A stretch of DNA of 64,000 bases from Patescibacteria group bacterium (GCA_038062835.1 JBBTWH010000009.1:8257-72256); one strand, 5' to 3'. Shown: positions 1-10,171, numbered from the stretch's first letter. Notes: generated from the letters alone by a model not told the origin. Numbers and translations are program-made.

Positions 1-1037
1 TCATGGAAGATGCGCAGGATGAAGTCGCTGACGATGCGGCTCTTGGATTCGCTGACGCGCTTGAGGTGGTTGCCGTACTGGGGGCTGGAGAACTGGTTGA
101 ACGCGCCGATGACGTTGGACAGGTAGCTGGCCGCGCGGCCGGGGACGGCAGACGAAGCGACCAGGTTGACGTTCACGTCCAATCCGATCTGGCCGAGCTT
201 CTCTTCCATCGATTTGACCATCTGTTCTTCGGAGGGAGACAGGCGATATTCCTTGGCCTTCTCGCCGGTCTTGGATTCGCTCTTCTTTTCGGACGCGAAA
301 GCCGCCATCAGACCGAGCTTCTTGCGTGCCTGCTCAAAGGAGCGTCCTTGCTGCATCAGGGAAGCGATCTTCAGGCCCTTGCCGCGCCATTCCTTTTTCG
401 CCGAACGCACCAGGACCTGGATGGCGGCGCCGTCGGCGGCGGCGACCTTGGCCAGCGCGTTGGTGAGGGCGTTCAGCGGATCGGTCTCGAGATTCTTGTA
501 GGTATGGAGAGGAAAGAAGCTCTCGCGCCCGAATACGAGATGTGCGCTGGCTACCTCGGCCTTGGGCTGGAAAAGATTGTAATCCACGGTCTCCTCGATC
601 TGCGCGAGCGGATACTGCGCGTGGATCTGCTGCTCCATGAATTCCTTCCGGGCCTTCGGCACGGCGACATAGAAGGTGACGAGGCCGTCCTTGGCGACGA
701 TCTCGAAACTCACGACGTCGCCGCGGCCCGAAAGCCACGCGCCGAAGCCGCGCTCCGCGCGCGACCCGCCGATGCTCTTGAAGACGCCTTCGGCCATCGC
801 GATAGCGGCCTGGATCTCATTGAGCGACTTGTCGCGCGTGCCGGCGTCCTTGTCGCCCGCCTCTTTGGGCACCGTAAGCGTCAGGACGACGTTGTCGAAG
901 CCGCGGGCGATCCGCGCGCGCGACGTCAGGACCTTCCGGATCACCCGGACGACGATCAGCAGGACGGCGAAACCGGCGGCGAGCGGGGCCGCCTTCAGGA
1001 GCCACGGCGCCAGCGCAGCGATGTCGAAGGAAATCAT
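1..1037 (-). CDS. N-terminal part (runs off window edge) of a CPR-type type IV secretion coupling/VirD4-VirB4-like ATPase family protein
   Basis: Absent from the ORF track because no stop lies in the window. Manual translation from ATG 1037 (ATGA overlap with the upstream stop) gives MISFDIAALAPWLLKAAP (TM)...SFEIVAKDGLVTFYVAVP...EQQIHAQYP...FPLHTYKNLETDPLNALTNAL. This resembles the N-terminal domain of CPR T4SS-like ATPases; the ATPase motifs would lie outside the window. Confidence 0.6.
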   Translation of the reverse strand, partial: MISFDIAALAPWLLKAAPLAAGFAVLLIVVRVIRKVLTSRARIARGFDNVVLTLTVPKEAGDKDAGTRDKSLNEIQAAIAMAEGVFKSIGGSRAERGFGAWLSGRGDVVSFEIVAKDGLVTFYVAVPKARKEFMEQQIHAQYPLAQIEETVDYNLFQPKAEVASAHLVFGRESFFPLHTYKNLETDPLNALTNALAKVAAADGAAIQVLVRSAKKEWRGKGLKIASLMQQGRSFEQARKKLGLMAAFASEKKSESKTGEKAKEYRLSPSEEQMVKSMEEKLGQIGLDVNVNLVASSAVPGRAASYLSNVIGAFNQFSSPQYGNHLKRVSESKSRIVSDFILRIFH

Positions 1038-1513
1038 AAGGGTCCGCGCTTGCGCTTTTCCTCTTCCGCCAGCGCCATGATCTTGTCGGTCTTGATCTTG
1101 GCTTCCTGTATCAGGAAAAACCTGTTCACGCCGGGGATCATCTTCAGCCAGCCGAGGATGAGCCCAAGCGCCTCGCGCGCCTTCACCTTGGCGCCGCTCA
1201 CCATCGCGACGATCTTACCCGTCACGCGCTCCCCTTCCTTGCGGAACTTCGCCTGAAGAGCCGGGTTCATCCGGGAATAAACGTCCGCCAGATCCTCCTC
1301 GAGGATGCTTTCGACGCCGCGCGTCGTGGGATCCTTGCGCGCGGCGGACGATGCCGGGGCGGGCACCGGAATCGGAGCGGCCGGAACCGGGTCAAGCGCC
1401 CGTTCAGATCCGCCTGCAGGAACCTCAAAAGAGGCGCTTGTCTCCGGTGACTCAAGCGCTCGGCCGGGCAGTTTCGGCGTCTGTTCAAAGCTGGGAGTCC
1501 CTCCGTCGGCCAT
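1034..1513 (-). CDS. Conserved hypothetical protein, translationally coupled to the T4SS-like gene
   Basis: ORF with a low-complexity N-terminus and a helical C-terminus (ILEEDLADVY...WLKMIPGVNRFFLIQEAKIKTDKI); TGA overlaps the downstream ATG. Confidence 0.7.
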   Translation of the reverse strand: MADGGTPSFEQTPKLPGRALESPETSASFEVPAGGSERALDPVPAAPIPVPAPASSAARKDPTTRGVESILEEDLADVYSRMNPALQAKFRKEGERVTGKIVAMVSGAKVKAREALGLILGWLKMIPGVNRFFLIQEAKIKTDKIMALAEEEKRKRGPL

Positions 1514-1625
1514 AGGCGTTTAACGGCTCCAGTATACCACGGTGGTCGGACCCTTGCCTTCCTGGAGGCCATTGGGCATAGTGAGGCCGTTGCGCAAAAG
1601 GAACTTCTCAAAAGGACCGGTGCCG

Positions 1626-2279
1626 ATGTCCAATCCCAAGCGTTCGCGTGCGTCAGGAAACGTCATACCGCTCGACGCCGGAAAAAAGGACCGAACGACG
1701 CCCATGCCGCTGACCGCGCCCGCGCCCCCTCCCATGATCGCCTGCCTCAAGGTCAAGGTCGTCATCGGCAAGGACGGCGAGGGAAAAGACCTGCCGCCGA
1801 GATGGGTCGAAGTGGCCAACTACCCGTCCGAGGGCGGCCTGGAGGCATTCTACGATCTCATCCATCGGGCGCCGGACGACAGCTTCCTGACCGCGGACGC
1901 AGCAGGCTCGATCCCCTTCGCCTCGATCGTAGCCATCCGACGACCCAAGGACTCGTGCGAGGAGTTCCCGGTCAAGGTGGGCGCTTCGCCCAACGGATCG
2001 CCGAAACTCCACTATCGGAGGCTCCGCGTGAAGTTCGGCCGCAACCGAGACGAAATCGTCGACATCGCCAACGTCCCTTGGAGCGAGAACGGCATCGCGC
2101 ACTTCGCTCTCTTGATAGGAAAGCATCGCCGCTGCGATTTCCTGACCTCCGACTACGGCTTCCTGAACGTCGCCGGCGTCGACCTCGAGGATCTGACGAT
2201 GCCTGGCGACCCGCCCACGGCCGCGCGCGCGAAGTTCCGGCCGGAAGACATCCTTCGCCTCGAGGATCTTCCGGAATGA
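1626..2279 (+). CDS. Hypothetical protein with an internal tandem duplication of a ~60-aa domain
   Basis: ORF followed by an intrinsic terminator; AAAGGA upstream of GTG 1620/ATG 1626; two similar segments (VEVANYPSEGG..F..LI..FLT.D and VDIANVPWSENG..F..LI..FLT.D). Confidence 0.65.
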   Translation: MSNPKRSRASGNVIPLDAGKKDRTTPMPLTAPAPPPMIACLKVKVVIGKDGEGKDLPPRWVEVANYPSEGGLEAFYDLIHRAPDDSFLTADAAGSIPFASIVAIRRPKDSCEEFPVKVGASPNGSPKLHYRRLRVKFGRNRDEIVDIANVPWSENGIAHFALLIGKHRRCDFLTSDYGFLNVAGVDLEDLTMPGDPPTAARAKFRPEDILRLEDLPE

Positions 2280-2282
2280 ACG

Positions 2283-2310
2283 AAAGCCCCGACGTCTCCG
2301 GGGCTTTTTT
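2283..2310 (+). terminator. Intrinsic terminator, probably bidirectional
   Basis: AAAGCCCCG-acgtctc-CGGGGCTTTTTT between convergent genes. Confidence 0.75.
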
Positions 2311-2315
2311 CGTCT

Positions 2316-3725
2316 TCAGGCCTTCTTGAGCCTGGGGCCTTGCTGCGTGTCCTCGACGATCCATCCCTTGGCCGCGATCTCGCCGCGCAGACGGTCGGAA
2401 GCGGCCCAGTCCTTGGCGTCACGCGCGGCCTGGCGTCCGTCGGCGAGCGCGCGCACGTCGTCGGGAGCTTCGGCGGCGGACGAGCACAGGTCGATGCCGA
2501 ACGTCTCGCCGAGCGCGCGCTCGATGAACGCGCGCGCGGCGGCGGCCGCGACCGGCGTCATGGAACCGTCGTCGAGCGCCCGGTTCGCGGACTTGGCCGC
2601 CTCGTTCACGACGGCGAGCGCCTTGGAGACGTTCATATCCTCATCCATCGCGGCTTCGAACGCCGCATCGTCTGCGGCAGATGCTGCCGAACCGCCGGTG
2701 CCGGCGGAGGCTCCGAGACGCGCCAGGAGGTCGCGATAATACGCGACGGTCTTCTCGGCGGCGTCGAGACCGGAGAGCGTGAAGTTCAGCTGGGTGCGGT
2801 AGTGGGCCGAAAGCAGCAGCCAGCGGACGGCGGCGGCGGAGTGTCCCTTGGCGAGCAGGTCGTTGAGCGTGAAAAAATTCCCTTTTGATTTCGACATCTT
2901 CTCGCCGTCGACGACGAGGTAGGTGACGTGCAGCCAGTGCTTCGAGAAGATCTTGCCGGACGCGCCTTCGGACTGCGCTATCTCGCATTCATGGTGCGGG
3001 AACTTCAGATCCTCGCCGCCGCAGTGCAGGTCGATCGTATCTCCGAGGAACTTCTTCGCCATGGCGGAGCACTCGATGTGCCAGCCTGGGTAGCCGAGGA
3101 TGCCCTGCGGGCCCGTCCATTGCATCACGTGATCAGGGTTGTGGATCCAAAGCGCGAAATCGGCGGGGTGGCGCTTGTCTTCCTTCACTTCCACGCGCGC
3201 GCCGGCCACCAGGTCCTCGACCGTGTTGCCCGAGAGCTTGCCGTAGCCCGGGAACGAAGCGACCGAATAGTAGACGTCGCCCTTCGGCGTGACGTAGGCA
3301 TTGCCTGCCTCGATCAGCTTCTCGATGAGCGCGACCATCTGCGGGATGTGCTCGGTCGCTCGGGGATGCTCTGCCCGCTTGAAGCCGAGCGCGTCAAGAT
3401 CGGCGAAAAAAGCCTTCTCGTAATGGGCCGCGATTCCGGCGGGCGTCCTGCCTTCTCGCCGGGCGGCGACTTCCATCTTGTCCTCGCCCTCGTCGGCGTC
3501 GTTCAGCATGTGCCCGACGTCGGTGATGTTCATGACCAGCTTGACCTTCTCGCCCTTGTGCTCCAAATACCGCCGCAGCAGGTCGACGGTCAGGAATGTC
3601 CTGAGATTTCCGATATGGGCGTCGTGGTAGACGGTCGGGCCGCAGGCGTAGACGGTGATTTCGCGGCCGGTTTCAGGCGGAAAATACCTCTCTTGCCGGC
3701 TCAGCGTGTCATGCAGTTTCAGCAT
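2316..3725 (-). CDS. cysS: Cysteinyl-tRNA synthetase
   Basis: [51 protein letters not shown] motifs. Confidence 0.97.
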   Translation of the reverse strand: MLKLHDTLSRQERYFPPETGREITVYACGPTVYHDAHIGNLRTFLTVDLLRRYLEHKGEKVKLVMNITDVGHMLNDADEGEDKMEVAARREGRTPAGIAAHYEKAFFADLDALGFKRAEHPRATEHIPQMVALIEKLIEAGNAYVTPKGDVYYSVASFPGYGKLSGNTVEDLVAGARVEVKEDKRHPADFALWIHNPDHVMQWTGPQGILGYPGWHIECSAMAKKFLGDTIDLHCGGEDLKFPHHECEIAQSEGASGKIFSKHWLHVTYLVVDGEKMSKSKGNFFTLNDLLAKGHSAAAVRWLLLSAHYRTQLNFTLSGLDAAEKTVAYYRDLLARLGASAGTGGSAASAADDAAFEAAMDEDMNVSKALAVVNEAAKSANRALDDGSMTPVAAAAARAFIERALGETFGIDLCSSAAEAPDDVRALADGRQAARDAKDWAASDRLRGEIAAKGWIVEDTQQGPRLKKA

Positions 3726-3767
3726 ATATGCTACAATAGCAGCAGAAACGCCCTCTAACAATATCGT

Positions 3768-4514
3768 ATGCCCATGAACACTGCACCCCCGGCTGCCAAG
3801 GCCCTGGGAGGCATGCCGGCTTCCAAAGGCGGCTCGATCCGCGCCCTCAGCGGAATCGTCGGAATCGTGCTCGGATTCGTAGTCGGCTACGGCGTCGGCC
3901 GCGTCTCGACCGGGACGCCGATCAATCCGCTGTCAGGCTCCACGAACGGAGTGGATCCGGCCGCGCTCGCCGAGGTCCAGCAGAAACTTATCGCTGCGGG
4001 CCTGCTGACGCCGCTCCTGGAAAATACGCCGGTCCTGTCAGGAAAGATCGTGGCTATCTCCGGAAGCAGCCTGACCCTTGAAGCGGACCTCAGCCGTTAC
4101 GATCCGCTCGGCGCCAAGGGGCTGCCGACGCGCCGCATCGTGACGCTGACGGACAAGACTGAGTATGCGCGCTATGAACAGCTCTCGGCCGAAGAGTTGC
4201 GTAAGGAACAAGAGGCGTTCGACGCCTCCCTCCGGAATCCGGAACCGGGGGTCCCGCCTCGTCAGCCGCCTGCGCCATTCAGGCAGACCGAGGCATCGTC
4301 TTCCGACCTGAAAATCGGAGACGCGGTGACGGTCCAGGCTGCTGGTGACATCCTTTCCGCCGAGTCGTTCGAAGCCGTACGCGTATCGATTTCACCGCAA
4401 CCGATCGCGGAACAGGTCCAGAACGCTCCCCCGGACATGCCGGAACCTCCGCCGCCGACCGCGCCCGACTCCGCAGCCGCCTCCACGGAGCCGCCGCCGG
4501 AAGTCGTCCGATAG
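3768..4514 (+). CDS. Membrane-anchored hypothetical protein (DUF5666-like beta domain)
   Basis: N-terminal TM (GIVGIVLGFVVGYGVG); LSGKIVAISGSSLTL...VTLTDKT...SDLKIGDAVTV pattern; Pro-rich tail. Confidence 0.6.
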   Translation: MPMNTAPPAAKALGGMPASKGGSIRALSGIVGIVLGFVVGYGVGRVSTGTPINPLSGSTNGVDPAALAEVQQKLIAAGLLTPLLENTPVLSGKIVAISGSSLTLEADLSRYDPLGAKGLPTRRIVTLTDKTEYARYEQLSAEELRKEQEAFDASLRNPEPGVPPRQPPAPFRQTEASSSDLKIGDAVTVQAAGDILSAESFEAVRVSISPQPIAEQVQNAPPDMPEPPPPTAPDSAAASTEPPPEVVR

Positions 4515-4549
4515 AAGAAAAAACCGCCATCAGGGCGGTTTTTTTCTTC
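4515..4549. terminator. Bidirectional intrinsic terminator
   Basis: AAAAAACCGCC-atcag-GGCGGTTTTTTT between convergent genes. Confidence 0.8.
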
Positions 4550-4554
4550 GGACC

Positions 4555-7500
4555 CTAACGCGACTTTTCTTCAAGAATCCGCAGGCGCCGCTCCAGGTCA
4601 TCCACCCGGCGCTTCAGGCTCACGGCGTCTTCCATCTCGGCTTCAAGACCATCGATCCTCAGATCCAGCTCCTTGGCGGCGTTGATGAGCACGAACGTCA
4701 AGGCGCTGGAGTCGAAATCGTACAATTCCGTCTTTTCGATATCGCCAGGATCCAGCTTGGCGTCGAACGTGTGGATGGTGTACGGGACGATCGGAAGAGC
4801 TTCCTGGGCGATGAGGCTGATGCCTTCCTCGCCTTTCGGCGTACCCGCCTTGCCGTTCAGCCGATAGCTGACGGGACGCAGCTGCCGAATCTTGTCGAGA
4901 CCGTCCGTAAAGTCCTGGATATCATCCTTGAGACGGCGATCGGAAATGATGCTCCACGTGCCGCTCGTAGGCTTGCCGGCGGAGTTGGCCGAGAGATGCA
5001 GCTGATAGGTCGCATCGGACACTCCGATGCCGACGTACCCGCCGTAGACGGTGTCTGCCCCGTTCCAGTTCATGAACAGCGTCGACACGGCTCCGCTGGA
5101 GTAGGCCTGGATCTCGTTCGCATCGATGGCGATGAAGTCCGCGCCGCCTTGCGAGACCTTCATAGGTGGGTAAGCGCCGGTGGCACCGAGGTCGTTGCCT
5201 CCCCTGACTTCCAGCTTCGCGTCCGGCGCTGACCAACCGATGCCGACATCTCCGCTGACGTAGGCCTTGCCCGCGCCGTAAAACGCATACGAGCTGCCGC
5301 TGCCATAGACGCCGTACGTCCCGCCGCTGAAGTATCCTCCGTACGTCGAGCCGCCCCCGTTGACGCCGGTAGATCCGCCCGAAGCGGCGACGGCGGTGCC
5401 GCCCGCGTTGACGACCACCCCCACTCCTGTCGTCGTGCCCCGCACGCTGACAGCCGTATCAAGAGCGGAGAAAGCGACACCCGTGTTGCTGACGCCGATA
5501 TACGTATTGATCTGCCTGCCGCGAGCGGCGACGGCGTCGAGCGTGTCTTCCTCGGCACCGCAGTTCACCCAAGCGCCGTTCTCGTAACATTTGAACTTAT
5601 TGCTGAGGGTGTCGTAGTACAGCATGCCGTTCGCGCCGGTCGGGGCGGCGGCCATGCTGCCCAGCACGAGCTCGCCGTTGACGGTCGCGCGGTCCGTCGT
5701 CGCATCTCCCAGCATCGAGCCGCCTGTCACGGCGAGAGCTCCGCCTACCGTGACCGTCGCGGCGTTGTCGGCGATGATGGAGTTGCCGAGCGCCGTCGCG
5801 CCGGTGAATTTCGGCAGGGTGTTGGCCGTGCCGCTGCCGGTGAAATCGTCGGCTGCGCTGGCGTCGCCGGTGTTGGCGATCGTCAGCGTATCGGTCGTAG
5901 CGTCGCCCGTGACGCTGATGCCGGCGCCCGCCGCCAGGTTCAGCGTGTCGGCGGCGGAATCCGGAAGCGGATCCGTGCCGGAAGGAGCGTTGATCGTGCT
6001 CCAGGCGTTCGGCTTGCAGTCCGACCACGCTCCGTTCTCGTAGCAGCGGAACTTATTGGAGGTGGAGTTGTAGAAAGTCATGCCGTTCACGCCGCCGGGA
6101 TCGGACGAAATCGAGCCGAGCGTCAGCGTACTGTTGTGCGTAACCGCGCCGACAAGCAATGCGTTGTAGTTCACGTAAAGCGAGGAAAAATGTCCGCCCC
6201 ATCCGGTCGCCGATTCGCCGAAGACGCCGTCCGCGCCACCCAGTCCTTGCCCGTGGACGCCCTTACCAAGCCCGCTTGCGGCGGTGTTGACGCCGTAGAC
6301 GCCCTGGCCCGAACCGGCCGCGGTGCCGTAGACGCCGTACAAAGTCCCGCTACCGGATACGCCCGTGCTTCCGGCGCCGGTGGACGTTCCGACAATGGCG
6401 TTGGGATCGATGGTGTAGGCCGAAACGGTCGTGGCTTTCACCCCTCCGTATACTTCGAGTTTATTGGCCGTGGGCGCGCCGCCGATCGCGACGCCGGAAC
6501 CGTCATCTTGGATCTGGGAGTCGCCGACGGTCGCGCCAGCGCCCGTGAACTTCGCGAGATAGTTGGGCGTGCCCGCGCCGCCAAGCGTCGCCGGGCAGTT
6601 CACGCCGTTCGCGCGGCAGACGCTCTGTCCAGCGACGGTCAGGTTTCCGGTAAAGGCACCCGTGCCTGCGACGGTCAGGTTGCCGGCCTGGTTGACGCTC
6701 AAGACCGTCGAGCTGTCGGCGTTGTTCCTGATGTTGAGGGCGTTGCCGGCCGTCGGGCTCACGATCTTGACCGAGTCGCCGGTACCGCCTGAACGGAAAT
6801 CAGCTCCGATGCCGGCCGCGCCGATACCTTGGGAGCGGATGCCGATGCCGCCCGTCGCGAAGACTCCGAAGGAACCGGCGGTGTTCGTGAAATATCCTCC
6901 GTAACCGGCCGCGCCGGTCGAGACTCCGTAGACGGCGGTGTTCGCGTTGCCCATCACGCCATAACCGGAGATGCCGGACTCGAAGCGTCCGCCGGCGGTC
7001 ACGCCGTTGCCGTAGACGCCATAGCTGGTCGTCGGATCGGTACCGACGCCGTACAGTCCGAAGCCGGTCGCGCGGGCGGCGATACCCGTCGCGTCAGCCG
7101 CGACGGCGCCGGATCCGACCGCGATGGTCGTCGTGGTCGTGCGCCCGCGGGCGGCGACCGTCTGCAACGTGTCGGCTTCAGTCACCACGCCGGTGATGGT
7201 GCCCGTGACGGTCAGATTGCCCCCGATCGTCGTGTCGCCGCCCGCCGCCACTCGGAACTCGTCAACCGACTCGTTCTGGAGCAGGAGCAGGCTGCCGACC
7301 GAGGCCGCGTCGATGTTGCCGTAGAGGAGGTTCTGTCCGGCGCCCACGCTCAAAGCCGCGGAGCCGAGCGAAGACATCCCCGAGAGCGCGTTATTGCCGG
7401 TGAACGTGCCGTTGGCGTTATAGAGCGCGACGTTCGTCGAAAGACGCGCGTCCGCGAGCGTGCCGCTCGAGATGTTGCTCGCGTTCAGCGTGGTCAGGCC

Positions 7501-8373
7501 CGCGCCGCTGCCGGTGAAGGAGTTAGCGACGTTGTTGAACGTGACGGCGCTGGAGTACGTGCCCGAGATACGTCCGCTCGGCACCGTGCCGCTCGTCAGT
7601 TGCGACGCGTTCATGGACGTCAGTCCCGCGCCGCTGCCGGTCAGCCCTCCGGATGACGTCAACGTGCCGCTGACGGTGAGCGCGCCCGGAATCACGACGT
7701 TGTTGGTGGCGGAAACCGTAAGCCCAGTCACGCCGTTCGTGACGAAGCTGATGGTGTCCGCCGTGCCGCGGAAGATGCCGGTGTTGGTGTCGCCGGAAAA
7801 GGTCAGTGACGGAGCCAGGTTGGTCCCTGCCGGGAGTGACAGCACGCCGGTTATGATGGACGTGCCGACGTTGTTGATGATGGTCCGCGCGGCACCGCCG
7901 GTCACGAACGACATCGAATCCGCTCCGCTGGAATACAGGCCCGTGTTGGTGTCGCCGATGTAGCTGTACGACGGAGCGCCGGCGCTTCCCGACGGAAGCT
8001 GCATCTGGCCGACCAGCGTGACGCGCAGGCGGTCGGCGGCGGCGTTCTGGAGCAGCAGCAGGCTGCCGTTGGTCGATGCGGCTCCGACGTTGCCGTAGAT
8101 AAGGTTGTCGGTCACGAGCGACATGACCGGAGCGAGAGCGCCGGTCTGGAAGGTGCCGCCGAGCTTCTGCGAGCCGGAAATGTTGATGCTGGCCGCCTGA
8201 GCGGCGCCAGCGATATCGACGTTCTGGATGACGGACGGATTGCAGTTCGGAGGCACGCAGGTCGGGGCCGCGAATTGCGCGTGAACGGAGCCCGCGACGG
8301 CCAAGACCGTCAGCGCTGAGAAAGCGGCGGCGATCCGGGTACGGACGTTCATGAGGACGCGCATAACTCGCAT
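4555..8373 (-). CDS. Large secreted tail-fibre-like/adhesin protein with C-terminal peptidase S74 intramolecular chaperone domain
   Basis: Signal peptide (AVAGSVHA-Q); G/A/S/T-rich beta repeats; C-terminal ISDRRLKDDI...GLDKIRQLRPVSY...LIAQE...LINAAKEL plus coiled coil. Confidence 0.85.
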   Translation of the reverse strand: MRVMRVLMNVRTRIAAAFSALTVLAVAGSVHAQFAAPTCVPPNCNPSVIQNVDIAGAAQAASINISGSQKLGGTFQTGALAPVMSLVTDNLIYGNVGAASTNGSLLLLQNAAADRLRVTLVGQMQLPSGSAGAPSYSYIGDTNTGLYSSGADSMSFVTGGAARTIINNVGTSIITGVLSLPAGTNLAPSLTFSGDTNTGIFRGTADTISFVTNGVTGLTVSATNNVVIPGALTVSGTLTSSGGLTGSGAGLTSMNASQLTSGTVPSGRISGTYSSAVTFNNVANSFTGSGAGLTTLNASNISSGTLADARLSTNVALYNANGTFTGNNALSGMSSLGSAALSVGAGQNLLYGNIDAASVGSLLLLQNESVDEFRVAAGGDTTIGGNLTVTGTITGVVTEADTLQTVAARGRTTTTTIAVGSGAVAADATGIAARATGFGLYGVGTDPTTSYGVYGNGVTAGGRFESGISGYGVMGNANTAVYGVSTGAAGYGGYFTNTAGSFGVFATGGIGIRSQGIGAAGIGADFRSGGTGDSVKIVSPTAGNALNIRNNADSSTVLSVNQAGNLTVAGTGAFTGNLTVAGQSVCRANGVNCPATLGGAGTPNYLAKFTGAGATVGDSQIQDDGSGVAIGGAPTANKLEVYGGVKATTVSAYTIDPNAIVGTSTGAGSTGVSGSGTLYGVYGTAAGSGQGVYGVNTAASGLGKGVHGQGLGGADGVFGESATGWGGHFSSLYVNYNALLVGAVTHNSTLTLGSISSDPGGVNGMTFYNSTSNKFRCYENGAWSDCKPNAWSTINAPSGTDPLPDSAADTLNLAAGAGISVTGDATTDTLTIANTGDASAADDFTGSGTANTLPKFTGATALGNSIIADNAATVTVGGALAVTGGSMLGDATTDRATVNGELVLGSMAAAPTGANGMLYYDTLSNKFKCYENGAWVNCGAEEDTLDAVAARGRQINTYIGVSNTGVAFSALDTAVSVRGTTTGVGVVVNAGGTAVAASGGSTGVNGGGSTYGGYFSGGTYGVYGSGSSYAFYGAGKAYVSGDVGIGWSAPDAKLEVRGGNDLGATGAYPPMKVSQGGADFIAIDANEIQAYSSGAVSTLFMNWNGADTVYGGYVGIGVSDATYQLHLSANSAGKPTSGTWSIISDRRLKDDIQDFTDGLDKIRQLRPVSYRLNGKAGTPKGEEGISLIAQEALPIVPYTIHTFDAKLDPGDIEKTELYDFDSSALTFVLINAAKELDLRIDGLEAEMEDAVSLKRRVDDLERRLRILEEKSR

Positions 8374-8390
8374 GATTCCCTTCTATCTTA

Positions 8391-8897
8391 TCACTCTTTG
8401 CGCCCGCTGAATATCATCATCGCGGCGATGGGCGCGACCAGCCAGACGAACTTGGCGGGGTCGGAAACGAAGACCATCCTGGTCTGGTCCGAGAAGACCG
8501 TCATGGCCGATTCCGGCAGGAACGTCAGGCCGACGCTGATCAGCAATCCGACGTGCAGGACGCTGAACATCACGGTCTGAAGGAGGCGTCCTCCCCCGCC
8601 GGTATCGAGCGAGCGGATGAGCGCGTTCTTCGAGAGGAAGAAGAACAGCAGGACGAAGACGCCAAGGAAGGTGCCGATCTTGAACGCGAAGTCGTTGACG
8701 GAGACCGCCGCCGAGATGTCTCGGATGTAGGGGGCGTTGGTGACGACCGCCAGGCCCATGTAGATGGAGACCATGATGACGACGATGCGGTCGCGGCCGA
8801 GCGTCAGGCCGTAGAGCAAGGCGCCGATCATGAAGAACAGCAGCAAAAATACGTCCCACGTCGGCGCCGAAAAATCCAACTGCCCGAAAAAAGGCAT
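8391..8897 (-). CDS. Integral membrane hypothetical protein (~5 TM)
   Basis: Several hydrophobic segments; stop lies 18 bp upstream of the adhesin start. Confidence 0.75.
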   Translation of the reverse strand: MPFFGQLDFSAPTWDVFLLLFFMIGALLYGLTLGRDRIVVIMVSIYMGLAVVTNAPYIRDISAAVSVNDFAFKIGTFLGVFVLLFFFLSKNALIRSLDTGGGGRLLQTVMFSVLHVGLLISVGLTFLPESAMTVFSDQTRMVFVSDPAKFVWLVAPIAAMMIFSGRKE

Positions 8898-9100
8898 ACT
8901 GAGGACAGTATACCTTATATTCGCCTATTTTCGGCTAACTTGTGGGGATAAGTCGGCGCTCCGGGTCAGTCATCCGTTCGCTGGCGCCGGGAAGAGGAAT
9001 GCCCCTCTTTGAACGGACGCTGCGCGAACGGACGCCTGACCCTCCGCTTTGGAGGAGACGGGGGAGTTGCTATCACCCCGGCGGAGGCCGGGGTCCACGC

Positions 9101-10171
9101 TCAAACGTCTTCATCTCTCAACTCTTCGAGAAGCTGCTTGGCTTTGCGGGAGAGGTGCTTCGGGGTCTTCACGATGACGCGGACGTAGTGGTCGCCGCGG
9201 CCGGAGCCGCGGAGATGCGGGACGCCGCGGGCTTTGAGACGGATCTCTTCGCCGGATTGGACGCCGGACGGGATCTTGACTTCGAGTTCGCCGTCGAGTG
9301 TCTCGACGGGTTTGGTGGTGCCGAGCGCGGCGTCGGAGAACGCGACGTCGAGATTGGAGTAGACGTCGAAGCCGTCGCGTTCGAAGCGTGGGTCGGATTT
9401 CACGCGGATATGGAGGTAGAGGTCGCCGCTCGGCGTGCCGCGGACGCCCGCTTCGCCGCCGCCGGAGACGCGGATAGTCTCGCCGTCGTCGATGCCGGCG
9501 GGAATCTTCACGGTGACCGAGGATTTCTCGCGCCTCGCGCCTTCGCCGGCGCATTCCCTGCAGCGGCTTTCGGGGACGTTGCCCGCGCCGTGGCATTCGC
9601 CGCACGTCGCGACGGTCTCGAAACTGCCGAGCATCGTGCGCTGCGTCTGACGCACGCGCCCCTTTCCTTCGCAGCGCTTGCACTGATGCATCTTGGCGCC
9701 GGGCGGGATGCCGGTACCGGAGCACGACGCGCAGGCGACGGGCTTGTAGAGCTCGAAGGTCTTCTCGGCGCCGAAGGCCGCCTCGGAGAATCCGATCTGG
9801 GCGTTCACCTCGATGTCTCCGCCTCGCGCCTGACGGCGTCCGCGTCCGCCCATGCCGAACATGTCGCCGAACATCTCAGAGATGTCGCCCATGTCGAAGT
9901 TCGCGCCGCCGTTCTGGAAGCCGCCGAACCCGCCGAAGCCACCGCCTGGACCCCCGCCTTGGTCGAAGGTCTGGCCATACTGATCGTATTGGGCTTTTTT
10001 CTGGGGGTTCGAGAGGACCTGATAGGCCTCGTTGATTTCCTTGAACTTGGCCTCGTCGCCGCCCTCCTTGTCGGGATGATGCTTGTGCGCCAAAACCCGG
10101 AAGGCTTTCTTGATCTCCTCATCGGAGGCCCCCTTGACAATGCCGAGAATTCGGTAATAGTCTTTACCCAT
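9101..10171 (-). CDS. dnaJ: Chaperone DnaJ
   Basis: J domain with HPD, G/F region, four CxxCxGxG repeats, C-terminal domain. Confidence 0.97.
   Translation of the reverse strand: MGKDYYRILGIVKGASDEEIKKAFRVLAHKHHPDKEGGDEAKFKEINEAYQVLSNPQKKAQYDQYGQTFDQGGGPGGGFGGFGGFQNGGANFDMGDISEMFGDMFGMGGRGRRQARGGDIEVNAQIGFSEAAFGAEKTFELYKPVACASCSGTGIPPGAKMHQCKRCEGKGRVRQTQRTMLGSFETVATCGECHGAGNVPESRCRECAGEGARREKSSVTVKIPAGIDDGETIRVSGGGEAGVRGTPSGDLYLHIRVKSDPRFERDGFDVYSNLDVAFSDAALGTTKPVETLDGELEVKIPSGVQSGEEIRLKARGVPHLRGSGRGDHYVRVIVKTPKHLSRKAKQLLEELRDEDV

Noticed and set aside
3-1256. 417-aa plus-strand ORF
   Set aside because: Antisense shadow of the real minus-strand gene starting at 1037; long shadow ORFs are expected at this GC content.
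4555-8373. Prophage suggested by the tail-fibre/S74 protein and baseplate-like domain
   Set aside because: No integrase, terminase, capsid or portal genes; the fibre has a signal peptide and cellular neighbours.
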